Shown one piece after another: positions 26,758 to 36,894 of a stretch of 64,000 nucleotides of DNA. The position numbers and the translations under genes are program-made. Within the stretch, counting starts at the first letter, position 1, and the number at the start of each line of letters is the position of its first letter. A model generated the notes under the pieces. The model saw nothing but the letters and a program-made list of their open reading frames with translations. It did not search any database and was not told where the DNA came from. This DNA comes from Candidatus Nanohaloarchaea archaeon (GTDB lineage Archaea > Nanohalarchaeota > Nanosalinia > Nanosalinales > Nanosalinaceae): contig JBEQBC010000001.1 in NCBI GenBank assembly GCA_041640035.1, positions 96,001 to 160,000 on the forward strand, written 5' to 3'.

Positions 26758-27510
26758 TTACCCGTACAGGTTTCTGATAGCCTTTTCGCAGTGTTTTATC
26801 CACTTTTCTCTTGAGATTCCTGGCAGATCTGATAACTGGATGTCCTCGTTCTCGGTTAGTTCTTTTACTGTTTGATAGGCGATTGTGTATCCTTCAGCGT
26901 TAGGGTATCTTTCTCCGCCGGAGACAAACATCTGTTTTGACAGGTCTTCTGCTTCATCCGGCCACTGTCTGTTTGTTTCCAGGTCTTCTATTATCTGTTT
27001 TGGGTCGGCTTCTATCTGTGAATGTTCTTCTATTCTCCAGGGCGGTCTGTAACCGTAGTTCTTCTCTTCGGATACCTTAGAAGCAAAGTTTTCGGCATGC
27101 CCTTCAAACCTGATACTGTAATACTGGTCTCTGCCAGGATTATCTTCCCCCTGATAGAACACCTGATGACCTACTTCGTGTACGAGCATGTCTTTGAACC
27201 GGTTTTTCCAGTCATCAAACTCTGTTACGCCTCTGACAAATATCATTTTTCTATCGGCGCCACGCATCCCTTCACGAAGTGAAAGGCCCATGAAGTAGTA
27301 TGCCGGATCGACATCTTCATCGAACTCAGATTTATCGGTGATAGCAGTTATTATATTGAAGTCAGGTTCAAGTCCGTGAACAGATTTGATGTCATCTAAA
27401 GCTTCACTCACTGCCTTCTTTAGCTTCTCGAAATCTTCTCTGGGTTCAAGATGAATCTCATCGGTAACTAGTTCTCCGTGCTTATCTTCATTGTACCGTT
27501 TGATTTCCAT
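26758..27510 (-). CDS. DUF2268-like Zn-dependent protease
   Basis: HEVGH, FEGHAENF, GYTIAY. Confidence 0.65.
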   Translation of the reverse strand: MEIKRYNEDKHGELVTDEIHLEPREDFEKLKKAVSEALDDIKSVHGLEPDFNIITAITDKSEFDEDVDPAYYFMGLSLREGMRGADRKMIFVRGVTEFDDWKNRFKDMLVHEVGHQVFYQGEDNPGRDQYYSIRFEGHAENFASKVSEEKNYGYRPPWRIEEHSQIEADPKQIIEDLETNRQWPDEAEDLSKQMFVSGGERYPNAEGYTIAYQTVKELTENEDIQLSDLPGISREKWIKHCEKAIRNLYG

Positions 27511-27557
27511 AGCTGATTGTAGAAACCTGCTGAAATATTAAATTTACACTGTATAAC

Positions 27558-27818
27558 TTAGTGTTCGATTTCTTCTAGTTCCCAGTTGGCTGTTTCGCCG
27601 TTCTCTACATATGCTTCGGCCTGGTATTCCTTGCCTGATTTCTTGTCGTGGATGTAGAAGCTATAATTTTTGACTCCGTGATCTGTTATTTTTATTTCTG
27701 TTACCTCGCATTTCCAGCGGGAGCCGTTCCTCTCCATATCCAGGGTTTTCGCTGTTTCTCTGCATAGGGAGGTTAGTTCGCTTCTGATCTGTGGCTTGTC
27801 CATACTCCAAGAGTTCAT
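27558..27818 (-). CDS. Hypothetical protein
   Basis: 86-aa ORF with TATA-like box upstream. Confidence 0.5.
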   Translation of the reverse strand: MNSWSMDKPQIRSELTSLCRETAKTLDMERNGSRWKCEVTEIKITDHGVKNYSFYIHDKKSGKEYQAEAYVENGETANWELEEIEH

Positions 27819-28112
27819 AGTTACTCATTGATAGTAACTGTTAAATTTATTGGGGGAACATGGCGACGACCGACAAATACATTTTGCGCTCTAAAATCAT
27901 TTTAACGCATTCTTGAAAATTTTGAAAACTTATCAGAAATTTTTCAACATTAAAAATTATCAAAACCTTATTTGAGAAAGTTCATTACTTCTTTGTATAT
28001 CAAAAATATAATTAAACGCAGAGAGGGTGAGATAGCTCCAAGAAACTCCTTTGAAAACTTCAATCTTGGTTTTACCCAGTAATTTTTATTTAGAGTTGAC
28101 TAATGAGGCTCT

Positions 28113-28508
28113 ATGGCAGAAAGAGTTTATGATGATAGCGAGTACACCTGGTCCTACAGGATCGAAGGCGATACCGCTATCTTCAATATGGAGGGATGGC
28201 AGGGATTTGAAGATGAAGAGCTGAAGAGCGCTACTGAGGCATATAGAAAAGTAGTGAGCCAAGATGATATCAAAGCTAATGTAACTATACTAACTGATGC
28301 ACAGGCAATTCCGCCTGAACAGCAGGAGTTCATCGGAGACCAGTGGGCTGAGAATATTAACTATGTAGAGGTCAAGCGATGCGCATTTGTATCTGATGGA
28401 CCGATAGGATTAACTATCAAGGCCAATGTTCTTGATAAAGTGGAGGAGGCGGAAGTAGAGAATTTTAAGGACTTCGAGGATGCGAAAGATTGGGCTGACG
28501 AAGCCTGA
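28113..28508 (+). CDS. Hypothetical acidic protein (SpoIIAA/STAS-SEC14-like)
   Basis: KRCAFVS and C-terminal FKDFEDAKDW resemble SpoIIAA-like proteins. Confidence 0.5.
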   Translation: MAERVYDDSEYTWSYRIEGDTAIFNMEGWQGFEDEELKSATEAYRKVVSQDDIKANVTILTDAQAIPPEQQEFIGDQWAENINYVEVKRCAFVSDGPIGLTIKANVLDKVEEAEVENFKDFEDAKDWADEA

Positions 28509-28594
28509 TCAATCCTATTTTTTCTTCCTTAATTTCTAGTTCTATTATAAAGGTGAAGGGTTAATGTAGTATTATAAGGAGGTGTTTTTAGTTT

Positions 28595-28789
28595 ATGAAA
28601 GGTACAGTAAAGTTCTTCCACGATCAGAAGCGATACGGATTTATCGAAACTGAAGAAATGGACGACGATGTATTCTTCCACGAAGATGATCAGGGAGAAG
28701 ACTTCGAAGTCGAAGAAGGAGACGAAGTAGAATTCGATCAGGAAGAAGGAGACAGAGGACCAAAGGCAGTAGATATCACAGAAGCTTAA
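28595..28789 (+). CDS. csp: Cold-shock domain protein
   Basis: GTVKFF, YGFI (RNP1), DVFFH (RNP2), GPKA; AGGAGGTG SD. Confidence 0.95.
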   Translation: MKGTVKFFHDQKRYGFIETEEMDDDVFFHEDDQGEDFEVEEGDEVEFDQEEGDRGPKAVDITEA

Positions 28790-28886
28790 AAACTTCTGCG
28801 TTATCCGACCCTAAGCGACAATTTTTTCACACATATTCTCTTTTCAATATTAATTTTTCTCAAATACTAAAAATAAATGAAGACGA

Positions 28887-29351
28887 TTACTCGTCCAGTG
28901 AATCCAGTTGATCTCTCAGCTCTTGGAAATTAGGCAAGTTCTCAGGATTATCCATAACTTCGCTGTAAACGATTTCGCCATCTTTGACGATGAACACTGA
29001 TCTCTTAGCAAGACCATTATAACCGATATCCATCATATCCGTACGAATCCCGTACTTCTCGATAATCTCCTTGTTGTTATCGCTGACAAGAGGAAAGTTC
29101 AGCTCGTTCTGTCTCCGGAACTCGTCCAGAGCAAACGGAGAATCAACACTGATACCTATCACATCAGCACCCATGCTCTCAAGGTTATCCATCGCGTCAC
29201 GGAACTTACACATCTCCTCGGTACAAACCTCTGTGAAAGCACCGGGGAAGAAAGCTAGAACGGTAGTTCCTTCACCTTCAAAATGATACTCCTTGATTTC
29301 ATCTTCGGTTACGATAGGCGCGGTGAACTCTACTTCAATCTCGTTATCCAT
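28887..29351 (-). CDS. Peroxiredoxin (Bcp/AhpE-like)
   Basis: FFPGAFTEVCTEEMC, GISVDS, FPLVSD, RSVFIV. Confidence 0.9.
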   Translation of the reverse strand: MDNEIEVEFTAPIVTEDEIKEYHFEGEGTTVLAFFPGAFTEVCTEEMCKFRDAMDNLESMGADVIGISVDSPFALDEFRRQNELNFPLVSDNNKEIIEKYGIRTDMMDIGYNGLAKRSVFIVKDGEIVYSEVMDNPENLPNFQELRDQLDSLDE

Positions 29352-29382
29352 AAACACAAAATGTGAAACCTAGGTTAATATA

Positions 29383-30300
29383 TCAACCAGTCAAGTTCTC
29401 TACTTCACAGGTCGCTTCCCGCATACCGTTATCAGAATAGATCTGGAAACTATTCGTCCCATTAACAAGTAGCCTTGGCGGCAGGAATACTTCAAACGGC
29501 TTGTAAGCAGATATGTCGAATGTCTCATTATAACCACCGACAGTAACAGTCAAATCACCTAGATCCTCCATCAGAAGCAGATCCATATTAGGCTCCGCCG
29601 TATTACAGTTAGTATCAGTTACCATATCAACTTGAGGCTCAGCACTTCCTTCAAAGCTTTCATTCACAGACTCTGCCTCTATCTCCATAAGCTGAACCTG
29701 GGTTATGCTGTTGTTCTCTCCCATTATCTCTCCTCTGATATTCATGTCTCTAACATAGCCTTCCTCACTGTCAAGACATGTACCAATGTTCGGACTCCAA
29801 GTTATGTTCTGAGCTCCGGGCACAGCTGTTTTCCTGACACTGTAATTGAACTGGTAGCACTGTTCTGTGGTATTAACGATTCTGCCTTTGGAATCACTGT
29901 ACTGTATAGCCAGATCGATCAATCCGTAGAAGAAGTCGGTCTTTGAGTCTTCGAGTTCACATTCAAAGTAATCTATGCTTCCCTGAACCTGGTTACAGCT
30001 CAGAGTCTGATCCGATGTCAAGAAGCTTACATTCCTGTACTCCGTGCCGTTTCTCTCATACCTTATTATATTCTTGTATCTGTCACCATCTGAGTAAGCT
30101 TCGAAAGAACTATAATCATATCTTGCAGGCATCAAGCTTTGATTGAAGTCAACAGTATAGTTAACCTGATACGAGGACTGGTTAGCCTTCTCCCTCACAT
30201 CTTTGATCGTCTCTTCCTGACCTGGTAACAGGAAAAACACTGCGGCAGCCAGAAGCAAGATAACACCGACGGCTACCATAACGGATTTTTGCCTATCCAT
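29383..30300 (-). CDS. Membrane-anchored extracellular protein
   Basis: N-terminal TM, many N-x-S/T sequons, paired Cys. Confidence 0.6.
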   Translation of the reverse strand: MDRQKSVMVAVGVILLLAAAVFFLLPGQEETIKDVREKANQSSYQVNYTVDFNQSLMPARYDYSSFEAYSDGDRYKNIIRYERNGTEYRNVSFLTSDQTLSCNQVQGSIDYFECELEDSKTDFFYGLIDLAIQYSDSKGRIVNTTEQCYQFNYSVRKTAVPGAQNITWSPNIGTCLDSEEGYVRDMNIRGEIMGENNSITQVQLMEIEAESVNESFEGSAEPQVDMVTDTNCNTAEPNMDLLLMEDLGDLTVTVGGYNETFDISAYKPFEVFLPPRLLVNGTNSFQIYSDNGMREATCEVENLTG

Positions 30301-30405
30301 AAACCTGTTATCTTTACGGCGGCATTAATAGTTAATTCATAAATTTTCCATGAGGAAACAGCTGACCGGTTTTATATTTTTAAGTCCCCAATAATACGGT
30401 AAAGA

Positions 30406-31770
30406 ATGCATAAAACCGTTATTCTGGCGCTGGCAACTCTAATCTTAATGGCTCCGGCTGCTTCCCTACAGGCAGAACTATTCCCTGTAGACCGTGTAGC
30501 AAATGAACACAAGGCCGGACAGTACATACTCCAGGTCACGAATGACGAAGAGGAACCGGTTTCCGTAAGGGTGAAGACTCAGAGCCAGTGCAGCGACTGC
30601 CTGTATGTACCGGACTCTTACATCCAGCTTCAGCCTAATACTTCTGAGAACACAACTGTTAACCTGTACGGCGATCAAGACATACCGGCCGGAAGATACG
30701 GATTCCAGATATTTGTCAGCGAGATAGGAACAAGCAGAAACATCAAGATCTCCGATTACTACCTGATCGAACGAAGCTATAGCCTGATATTCTCCTCATT
30801 CAACAAAGATAAAGAAGTCTACATGCCCGGAGACAAGGTAAAAACAAGTGTACAGGTCAAGAACATCGGAGGGCAGACAATAGACGATTACAGCATAAAC
30901 TCAACTCTCTTCAATCAGACAAAGAATGTAGAAGGACTTGAAATAATAAATAGAGCGGAAAGAAGCTACGACTTCAGTTTCCAGGTACCAAAGGATATGA
31001 AGCCAGGTACAGAGATCCTTGAAACAGATATCTACAGGAACGGAAACCTGGAATCAAGCATATCCAGATCGATTGAAGTAGGTTCTTCCGAACGAGTCGA
31101 AGTGACAGAGGAAACCGTTAACCGCGTAGTAACCATGACTCGTACCCTGAAGGTCAACAACACAGGAAATGTAAATACGAGCACGGAACTCACTCAGCAG
31201 GTGCCAGGTTATCTCACACCTTTCACAAACTACAGCCCGGAACCGGATAATATAACATCACAGAACGATTCAACAGTCATATCATGGAATATTGAAACCT
31301 CTCCAGGCCAGCAGAAAACAGTAAGCTATACCGTCAATTACTGGGTGCCTCTACTGATTCTAGCAGGTCTGACATCGCTACTGGTCATGTACAAACGGTT
31401 CAATCAGGATGTAAGCTTCGAGAAACATGTCGCAAAGTCGAAAGATGGAGAAATCACTATCAACATAGAGATAGAGAACAACTCAAGTCAGGCTATTGAG
31501 GGACTTAAAGTGAAGGATTTCATACCTAACATAGCAGAAGTAGAGAAAACCTTCGAGTTCGCCAAGCCGTCTATCAGAACCAAGAACGAAGGAACAGAAC
31601 TTACATGGGATCTAGATGTACTCGAACCCGGTGACCAGAGAGTTCTAGAATACAAGATACGGCCACGGATTGAGGTAGAAGGAGAGGTAACACTTCCGGG
31701 CGCTGAACTACTGAAAGACGGAGAACAGGATAAGAAGACCAAAGAACTCGATACGGACTTTCACCCATAA
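30406..31770 (+). CDS. Cell-surface Ig-like (CARDB/DUF11-like) single-pass protein
   Basis: Signal peptide, beta-sandwich repeats (VKNIG, VNNTGNV, DFIP..LTW..L.PG), TM near residue 315. Confidence 0.6.
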   Translation: MHKTVILALATLILMAPAASLQAELFPVDRVANEHKAGQYILQVTNDEEEPVSVRVKTQSQCSDCLYVPDSYIQLQPNTSENTTVNLYGDQDIPAGRYGFQIFVSEIGTSRNIKISDYYLIERSYSLIFSSFNKDKEVYMPGDKVKTSVQVKNIGGQTIDDYSINSTLFNQTKNVEGLEIINRAERSYDFSFQVPKDMKPGTEILETDIYRNGNLESSISRSIEVGSSERVEVTEETVNRVVTMTRTLKVNNTGNVNTSTELTQQVPGYLTPFTNYSPEPDNITSQNDSTVISWNIETSPGQQKTVSYTVNYWVPLLILAGLTSLLVMYKRFNQDVSFEKHVAKSKDGEITINIEIENNSSQAIEGLKVKDFIPNIAEVEKTFEFAKPSIRTKNEGTELTWDLDVLEPGDQRVLEYKIRPRIEVEGEVTLPGAELLKDGEQDKKTKELDTDFHP

Positions 31771-31809
31771 ATTATGAATAAAAAATAAAGAGAAAGATTT
31801 TACGCATTT

Positions 31810-32235
31810 TTATTCTTCAGGCTTCCAGAAACGGTAGAAACCGTACGATGATATGATGAAGTACATGAAAGCTCCTACATGGAAGAATCCTGCCCACCAT
31901 GCACCGCTCAGACCAGCCCAGGCCGGTCCAAGAGGATTCTGATTGATTAATCCTATGACATGCCAGACTGTATGCGGTACATAGGTGATCATGAACAGGA
32001 AGAAGCCGAGGCCAACCAGTTCAAGGTTCCTGGCGATCTCTCCTCCGTAAAGATCTCTACCTCTGTAGATAGCTACAAGCGCTGCCAGAACTGCCAGTCC
32101 GGAGGCAGCTGTTGCAGCAAGTATAATCATCACTATAGTCATCTGGCTCTGTATACCCATAGCGGCTAGGGCTGCAAACAGTGGTATCAGTGCGGCGCCT
32201 GCGATTATCATCTGGTCAGTTCGTTCCATATTCAT
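31810..32235 (-). CDS. 4-TM membrane protein (paralog of adjacent gene)
   Basis: GRDLYGGEIARNLELVG..YGFYRFWK. Confidence 0.65.
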   Translation of the reverse strand: MNMERTDQMIIAGAALIPLFAALAAMGIQSQMTIVMIILAATAASGLAVLAALVAIYRGRDLYGGEIARNLELVGLGFFLFMITYVPHTVWHVIGLINQNPLGPAWAGLSGAWWAGFFHVGAFMYFIISSYGFYRFWKPEE

Positions 32236-32657
32236 TCTTCATCACCTACTTCTTGTGTTCCGAGTTTCCAGAAAAGGTAGAATCCGTAGGTTGTCACGAT
32301 AAACATTCCTAGGATTCCCAGGCTGAGCAGAGTTGACCAGAAAGCTGGTGTTACGCCCCATGAAGGGAAACCGGCCGCGAAGTAGTTAGCCCATGCTAGC
32401 CATAGAATTCCCAAGGCGCCTACTCCAGTGCCTATCACTTCTAGGTTTCTTCCTACCTGTCCGCCGTACCTGTCTCTTCCTAGGTAAACCATTACAAGTC
32501 CGAACAGTAGGACAGGTCCGGGAAGGTAGAATGTCGCATCATGGATGCTTAGAAGCGTGCTTCCCTGAAAGTACTCCATCAGGAAACCTGAGAGAACAGA
32601 GATTACTAAACTCGCAAATACTACATAGTAATCCTTTCTCTCAAGGTGTAATGACAT
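32232..32657 (-). CDS. 4-TM membrane protein (paralog of adjacent gene)
   Basis: GRDRYGGQVGRNLEVIG..YGFYLFWK. Confidence 0.65.
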   Translation of the reverse strand: MSLHLERKDYYVVFASLVISVLSGFLMEYFQGSTLLSIHDATFYLPGPVLLFGLVMVYLGRDRYGGQVGRNLEVIGTGVGALGILWLAWANYFAAGFPSWGVTPAFWSTLLSLGILGMFIVTTYGFYLFWKLGTQEVGDEE

Positions 32658-32799
32658 AACTAGTTAACAAGCCGAAATTCTTAGATATAAAATTTAATCG
32701 AAAAAAAAAGGGTTCAGACCATCCAGAATCGCTGGAACAGCAAACCCTAATAAAGATTACAGTGGATAAAATACTCTGTAAGTCACTTAGTGTTTTTAG

Positions 32800-32873
32800 C
32801 CCGGCTTAGCTCAGGCTGGCAGAGCGGTCGACTGTAGATCGACTTGTCCCAGGTTCAAATCCTGGAGCCGGGA
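32800..32873 (+). tRNA. tRNA-Tyr(GTA), intronless
   Basis: C1-G72 acceptor CCCGGCT/AGCCGGG, arm GTCGA-CTGTAGA-TCGAC, T-loop TTCAAAT. Confidence 0.95.
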
Positions 32874-32906
32874 CTACCTTCAATCTCAAGTTTTCTGTAA
32901 ACAAGA

Positions 32907-33665
32907 TTAGTCGTAGAAAACTTCCTGAAGCAGCTTATCTACATCCATATACTCCTCAAGAACATTTCTTCTCTCCTGTGCAGTAGCCAGAGTACTTTCA
33001 AAAGACTCCTCGGTATCCTGGATACTATGATCTATGAAACAGTTCAGTGTACGCTTATCACGACTGGAAAGATTCTTGCCGTACTTCTCCGCAGCTCTAC
33101 CACCAAGAATCAATCCAGGTTCATCTCTACCTATCATCCGAAGTAACTTTTTCCTCCACTCAGATTTCTGCTTGTAGATGAATGAGTCTATATCTCTTTC
33201 AGGGTAGTTCAGGAATTCTCCGAACCTGCGGTGATACTCATCACTCATACCCTTCCGGAAAGAAACTATCTTCTCAACTTCCTCCAAACTTGATTCACTG
33301 TGATCCAAGAAAATGTTACAGATTATTGATGCCTCGGTGAACTTCTCCATCTCGGACTTCGCGTCCTCATCATTTATCATTGATGAAATGCTGTGAACAG
33401 TAGATTCCTCTCTTTCAAGACTGTGATCGATGTAGCAATTGACTCCGTACCTGTTCACCAGTTCAGTAAAACTTTCAAGTTTTTCTCTATTATCGAAGTA
33501 TCCTTCTAGCTGCACGGAATCTCTGGCACCGGTCAACGCCAAGATCACGAGGAACTGATCACTCAAGATGATGGAATCTGAAAAGTTCTCACGGAAACCT
33601 TCGAGCACTTCCTCCGAAGGCTTCTCTTTCTGCTTTGAAATGTACTCTTCCACTTCCTCCGTCAT
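32907..33665 (-). CDS. Hypothetical protein
   Basis: 252-aa acidic ORF; FGEFLNYP motif. Confidence 0.6.
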   Translation of the reverse strand: MTEEVEEYISKQKEKPSEEVLEGFRENFSDSIILSDQFLVILALTGARDSVQLEGYFDNREKLESFTELVNRYGVNCYIDHSLEREESTVHSISSMINDEDAKSEMEKFTEASIICNIFLDHSESSLEEVEKIVSFRKGMSDEYHRRFGEFLNYPERDIDSFIYKQKSEWRKKLLRMIGRDEPGLILGGRAAEKYGKNLSSRDKRTLNCFIDHSIQDTEESFESTLATAQERRNVLEEYMDVDKLLQEVFYD

Positions 33666-33708
33666 CTCAAATACATATCAGGTCTCACAGTGTTTAAAGA
33701 CAGGTAAT

Positions 33709-34758
33709 TCAGAGATCCTGTCTCAGGAACACTCCGTAAGCAGCGGTCAGCACCATGAACAACTGGCTTACTAGATAGATCAGGTATCCGATCGAGGATG
33801 AAAAGCTTTCGGCGAATGTCGGCTCCAATCCTTCTTCACTTGACTCATAGCTGGTACCAGACATGGCGCCAACGAAGTTGCTGTAGCTTGTTGCAGGTGA
33901 GATACGGGACACTGTGGAACGGAACTGCTCCCGCTTTGCCTCAACCTCCGCTCTCTGTTCCTCATAGCTCGGACCGCTACCACCGCCCATGCCAGGTTCT
34001 ACGGTAACTTCATCTGTACCTTCTGAGGAAACTCTAGCACCGCTTGATACACCTCTTTGTGGTCCGGGTAGTGGTTCTGGTCCGCCCTGACTGTTCTCAG
34101 GGTTGAACTTGTATATCTGGTTTGCTGCGATACCGGCTATGAAAGGCGTCCCTATGAAAGCGACCAGCAGGATTGCACCGACTCCCAGCGCTCTCCAACG
34201 GGATTTAAATAGTGTTGAAAGCAGGGTTCCAAGCGCCAGGAAGAATGTGATATATATCACGGTTCCCAGCCATATCATGGCTAGTCTTGAAATTGTTTCC
34301 AGTCCCGGTATTATCCCCAGCATGTAAACTGCCAGTCCTGAGGATATGCTGAAAGCCGTAAGTATCGATACCGCTACTGTGAAGGTTCCTGCAATCAGCT
34401 TACCGTTAATTATCTCATCTCTGTATACAGGGTAGGAAAGCAAGAGTTCTATGGTTCCTTCCTCTCGTTCACCTGAGATATAGTCGTAGCTAAGCAGCAG
34501 TCCAAGTATTCCGGCTGTCAGAGGCATGTTGAAGCTGAATAATGGTATGAATACATCGATAAGCCCAGGTTTTTCTGGTGCCGGTCCGTAACTGCTTCCT
34601 CCTCCGGCATATCTCTCCATCTGTGTCTGATAGCTTTGAATTCCTATGTAAACCGAGGCCAAGGATAGAACTATGAAAAGTCCAAGAACCATGAGGAACC
34701 GTCTGCTGGAGAATATATCTCGCATCTCCTTTCTTGCTATATCCCATTTATCTCCCAT
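33709..34758 (-). CDS. ABC-2 type transporter permease (NosY-like)
   Basis: IARKE, YDYISGEREEGTIELLLSYPV.R..II.GK. Confidence 0.88.
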   Translation of the reverse strand: MGDKWDIARKEMRDIFSSRRFLMVLGLFIVLSLASVYIGIQSYQTQMERYAGGGSSYGPAPEKPGLIDVFIPLFSFNMPLTAGILGLLLSYDYISGEREEGTIELLLSYPVYRDEIINGKLIAGTFTVAVSILTAFSISSGLAVYMLGIIPGLETISRLAMIWLGTVIYITFFLALGTLLSTLFKSRWRALGVGAILLVAFIGTPFIAGIAANQIYKFNPENSQGGPEPLPGPQRGVSSGARVSSEGTDEVTVEPGMGGGSGPSYEEQRAEVEAKREQFRSTVSRISPATSYSNFVGAMSGTSYESSEEGLEPTFAESFSSSIGYLIYLVSQLFMVLTAAYGVFLRQDL

Positions 34759-34761
34759 TGC

Positions 34762-35655
34762 TTAGGCACCTCCTGTCAGTTCCAGATAAGTTGATTCAAG
34801 AGTTGACTCACTTAGATCAAAGCTTTTGATATCAGCATCATCCTCAACTAGCTCTTCAAGTATCTTAGAACGGTCCAGATCAGATCTTACTCTGAAACTA
34901 TCTCCCGATCTCTCGAAATCAGTATCTAGCTGTTTAAGTGTTTTTTCGGCTGCATCAGGGTTACCTGCCTCTATCTCGATGTGTATACCGGTTCCTGCCT
35001 GTTTCCCAAGCTCTTCTTTCGTTCCTGAGACCTCAATTACTCCTCCGGTCAGTATTCCGAAGCGGTCACACAGGTCTGATATTTCTCCGGTTATATGTGA
35101 TGATATTATGACTGTCATGTTCTCCTCTCGGTTGATTTTCTCCACATGTCGCCTGAACTTGTTCTTTCCTTCAGGGTCCAGACCGGTGGTAGGTTCATCG
35201 TATATAGCGATCTTCGGCTCCTTGATTAGTGACTGAGCGATTCCCAGTCTCTTCTTCATACCGGTTGAGAACTTCCCGACCTTTCTATCTGCGTCGTCCT
35301 GAAGATCTACCAGTTCAAGTAAACTGTCTATATCAGGTTCTTTATCCGCCAGTTCAGAGAAGTATTCCAGGTTTTCCCGTGCAGTTTTTCCGTCGTAGAA
35401 GCTGATATCGGAGGGAAGGTAGCCTATCTCTCTTTTGATCTCTTTTCCTTGGTCATGGTCCTTTCCATCTATACGGATTGTTCCTGCGTCCGGTTTCAGA
35501 AGCCCGAGAATGGTCTGGAACAGAGTGGTTTTTCCTGCTCCGTTCGGACCGAGGATACCGTATATCTCACCTTCCTCGACCTTCAGGTCAACTCCTTTCA
35601 ATACTTCATGGCTTCCGTAGCTTTTCTTGACACCTTCAAGTTCCATCATCGGCAT
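34762..35655 (-). CDS. ABC transporter ATP-binding protein
   Basis: GPNGAGKTT, FSTGMKKR, YDEPTTGLDP, SSH. Confidence 0.95.
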   Translation of the reverse strand: MPMMELEGVKKSYGSHEVLKGVDLKVEEGEIYGILGPNGAGKTTLFQTILGLLKPDAGTIRIDGKDHDQGKEIKREIGYLPSDISFYDGKTARENLEYFSELADKEPDIDSLLELVDLQDDADRKVGKFSTGMKKRLGIAQSLIKEPKIAIYDEPTTGLDPEGKNKFRRHVEKINREENMTVIISSHITGEISDLCDRFGILTGGVIEVSGTKEELGKQAGTGIHIEIEAGNPDAAEKTLKQLDTDFERSGDSFRVRSDLDRSKILEELVEDDADIKSFDLSESTLESTYLELTGGA

Positions 35656-35661
35656 CGGGAA

Positions 35662-36774
35662 TCACCTCCTGCCGAACCTCCAGTAAACCAGAATCAAGGC
35701 TAGCAGGCTGACCACCATCAGTACGATTCCGATGTACCGCAGACCACTTTTCTCCGAAATATTGACTCTGATCTGCTGCGGTTCATCCAGCCCTACCTGA
35801 TCGCTTGAAGCACTTACATCCACGAAGAAGTCTCCCTGCTGTGCATCACTCGGCGGTGTAATGGTCAATGTAGTTCTACCTGAACGGTACTGGTCCAGGG
35901 TTCCGTGGTTTTTCGGTGTAAGCTCTGTTTCCCATCCTTCAGGGCCTTCGACACTTATCTCTACATTCTCAAGCACAACCCTTCCACTGTTCCGAACTGT
36001 TACAGGTACGGATAGTTCTTCACCAGGGTTGGTCCGTGCGTACTGTTCATTGAGACTTAGATCAATCCGTGGCTCCCCTCTTTCCTGTGACTCTTTTTCA
36101 AGAACTGAGAGAAGAACTTTATCTGAGGCTGTACTCCTGTTTTCAGCCAGTACTTCTACCTCTCTGAGTCCGATAGAAGTGTTTTCAGCTACATTCAGTT
36201 CAACATTAAGGTTTCTGGATTCGCCATACGGTACGAATACCTGTGAAACATTGTAGCCCTGGTATGTGAAGCTTGAGCTGATTCCTTCGCCCGTATTTGA
36301 GAGCTGGAAGGTCTGATTGACTACTCCTGTATTTTCGATTTCCACACCGAAACTTACGCTTCCTCCCTGGTCGACAAGCACTCTCTGAGGGTTGTCTGCT
36401 TTAAGTGATGCGTCTGAGAATATATCGCTGTCGGCTTCCGCCTGGATACGGATGTACTCTCCTCTGTAACTGTTTGAGTATTCTGTTATACTGTAGGAAA
36501 GGTTTTCATCAAGTCTGTATGTTTCTCCTGTAGTGTTTTCGATTTCCTCTCCGATCAACTGTTTGGTTATCAGTGTGCCGCCGTTCTGTTTGACAACTCC
36601 AGTCTGGAATATTCCTTTGTTGTTATCTCCTTCATAGAACCTGAATTCGTAGCCACCCAGCTGTATCTGGTTACCTGCATCAAGTTTGAAACTTTGACTA
36701 TAATTTTCCGAGGCCTGTACAGCACCAGTGAAAACCGTTAAGATTACGAAAAAAACCGCAAGTCGTTTTATCAT
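35662..36774 (-). CDS. NEW3/COG1470-like membrane-anchored Ig-domain protein
   Basis: Signal peptide, V.V.N.G..L..V...GPEGW..ITPP.DA..G repeat, C-terminal TM plus RR; operon with ABC genes. Confidence 0.75.
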   Translation of the reverse strand: MIKRLAVFFVILTVFTGAVQASENYSQSFKLDAGNQIQLGGYEFRFYEGDNNKGIFQTGVVKQNGGTLITKQLIGEEIENTTGETYRLDENLSYSITEYSNSYRGEYIRIQAEADSDIFSDASLKADNPQRVLVDQGGSVSFGVEIENTGVVNQTFQLSNTGEGISSSFTYQGYNVSQVFVPYGESRNLNVELNVAENTSIGLREVEVLAENRSTASDKVLLSVLEKESQERGEPRIDLSLNEQYARTNPGEELSVPVTVRNSGRVVLENVEISVEGPEGWETELTPKNHGTLDQYRSGRTTLTITPPSDAQQGDFFVDVSASSDQVGLDEPQQIRVNISEKSGLRYIGIVLMVVSLLALILVYWRFGRR

Positions 36775-36894
36775 ATGTAGGAAATCACTGATGATGATTT
36801 AAAAATGATTATAAGCTGTTCGAAAAAATACGAACCAACCCTTCTGAATCAGTTTGAAATGAAATAAAACCGTTGCCATACCACAATTCTAAAT

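Noticed and set aside
27820-28112. Long AT-rich intergenic region as origin or sRNA
   Set aside because: No ORB-like repeats or adjacent orc1/cdc6; only a weak CCAAGA/TCTTGG stem
36787-36853. C/D-box-like ATGATGA...CTGA with ACTGAT/ATCAGT flanks
   Set aside because: No recognisable C'/D' boxes, K-turn geometry non-canonical, and it overlaps an AT-rich promoter
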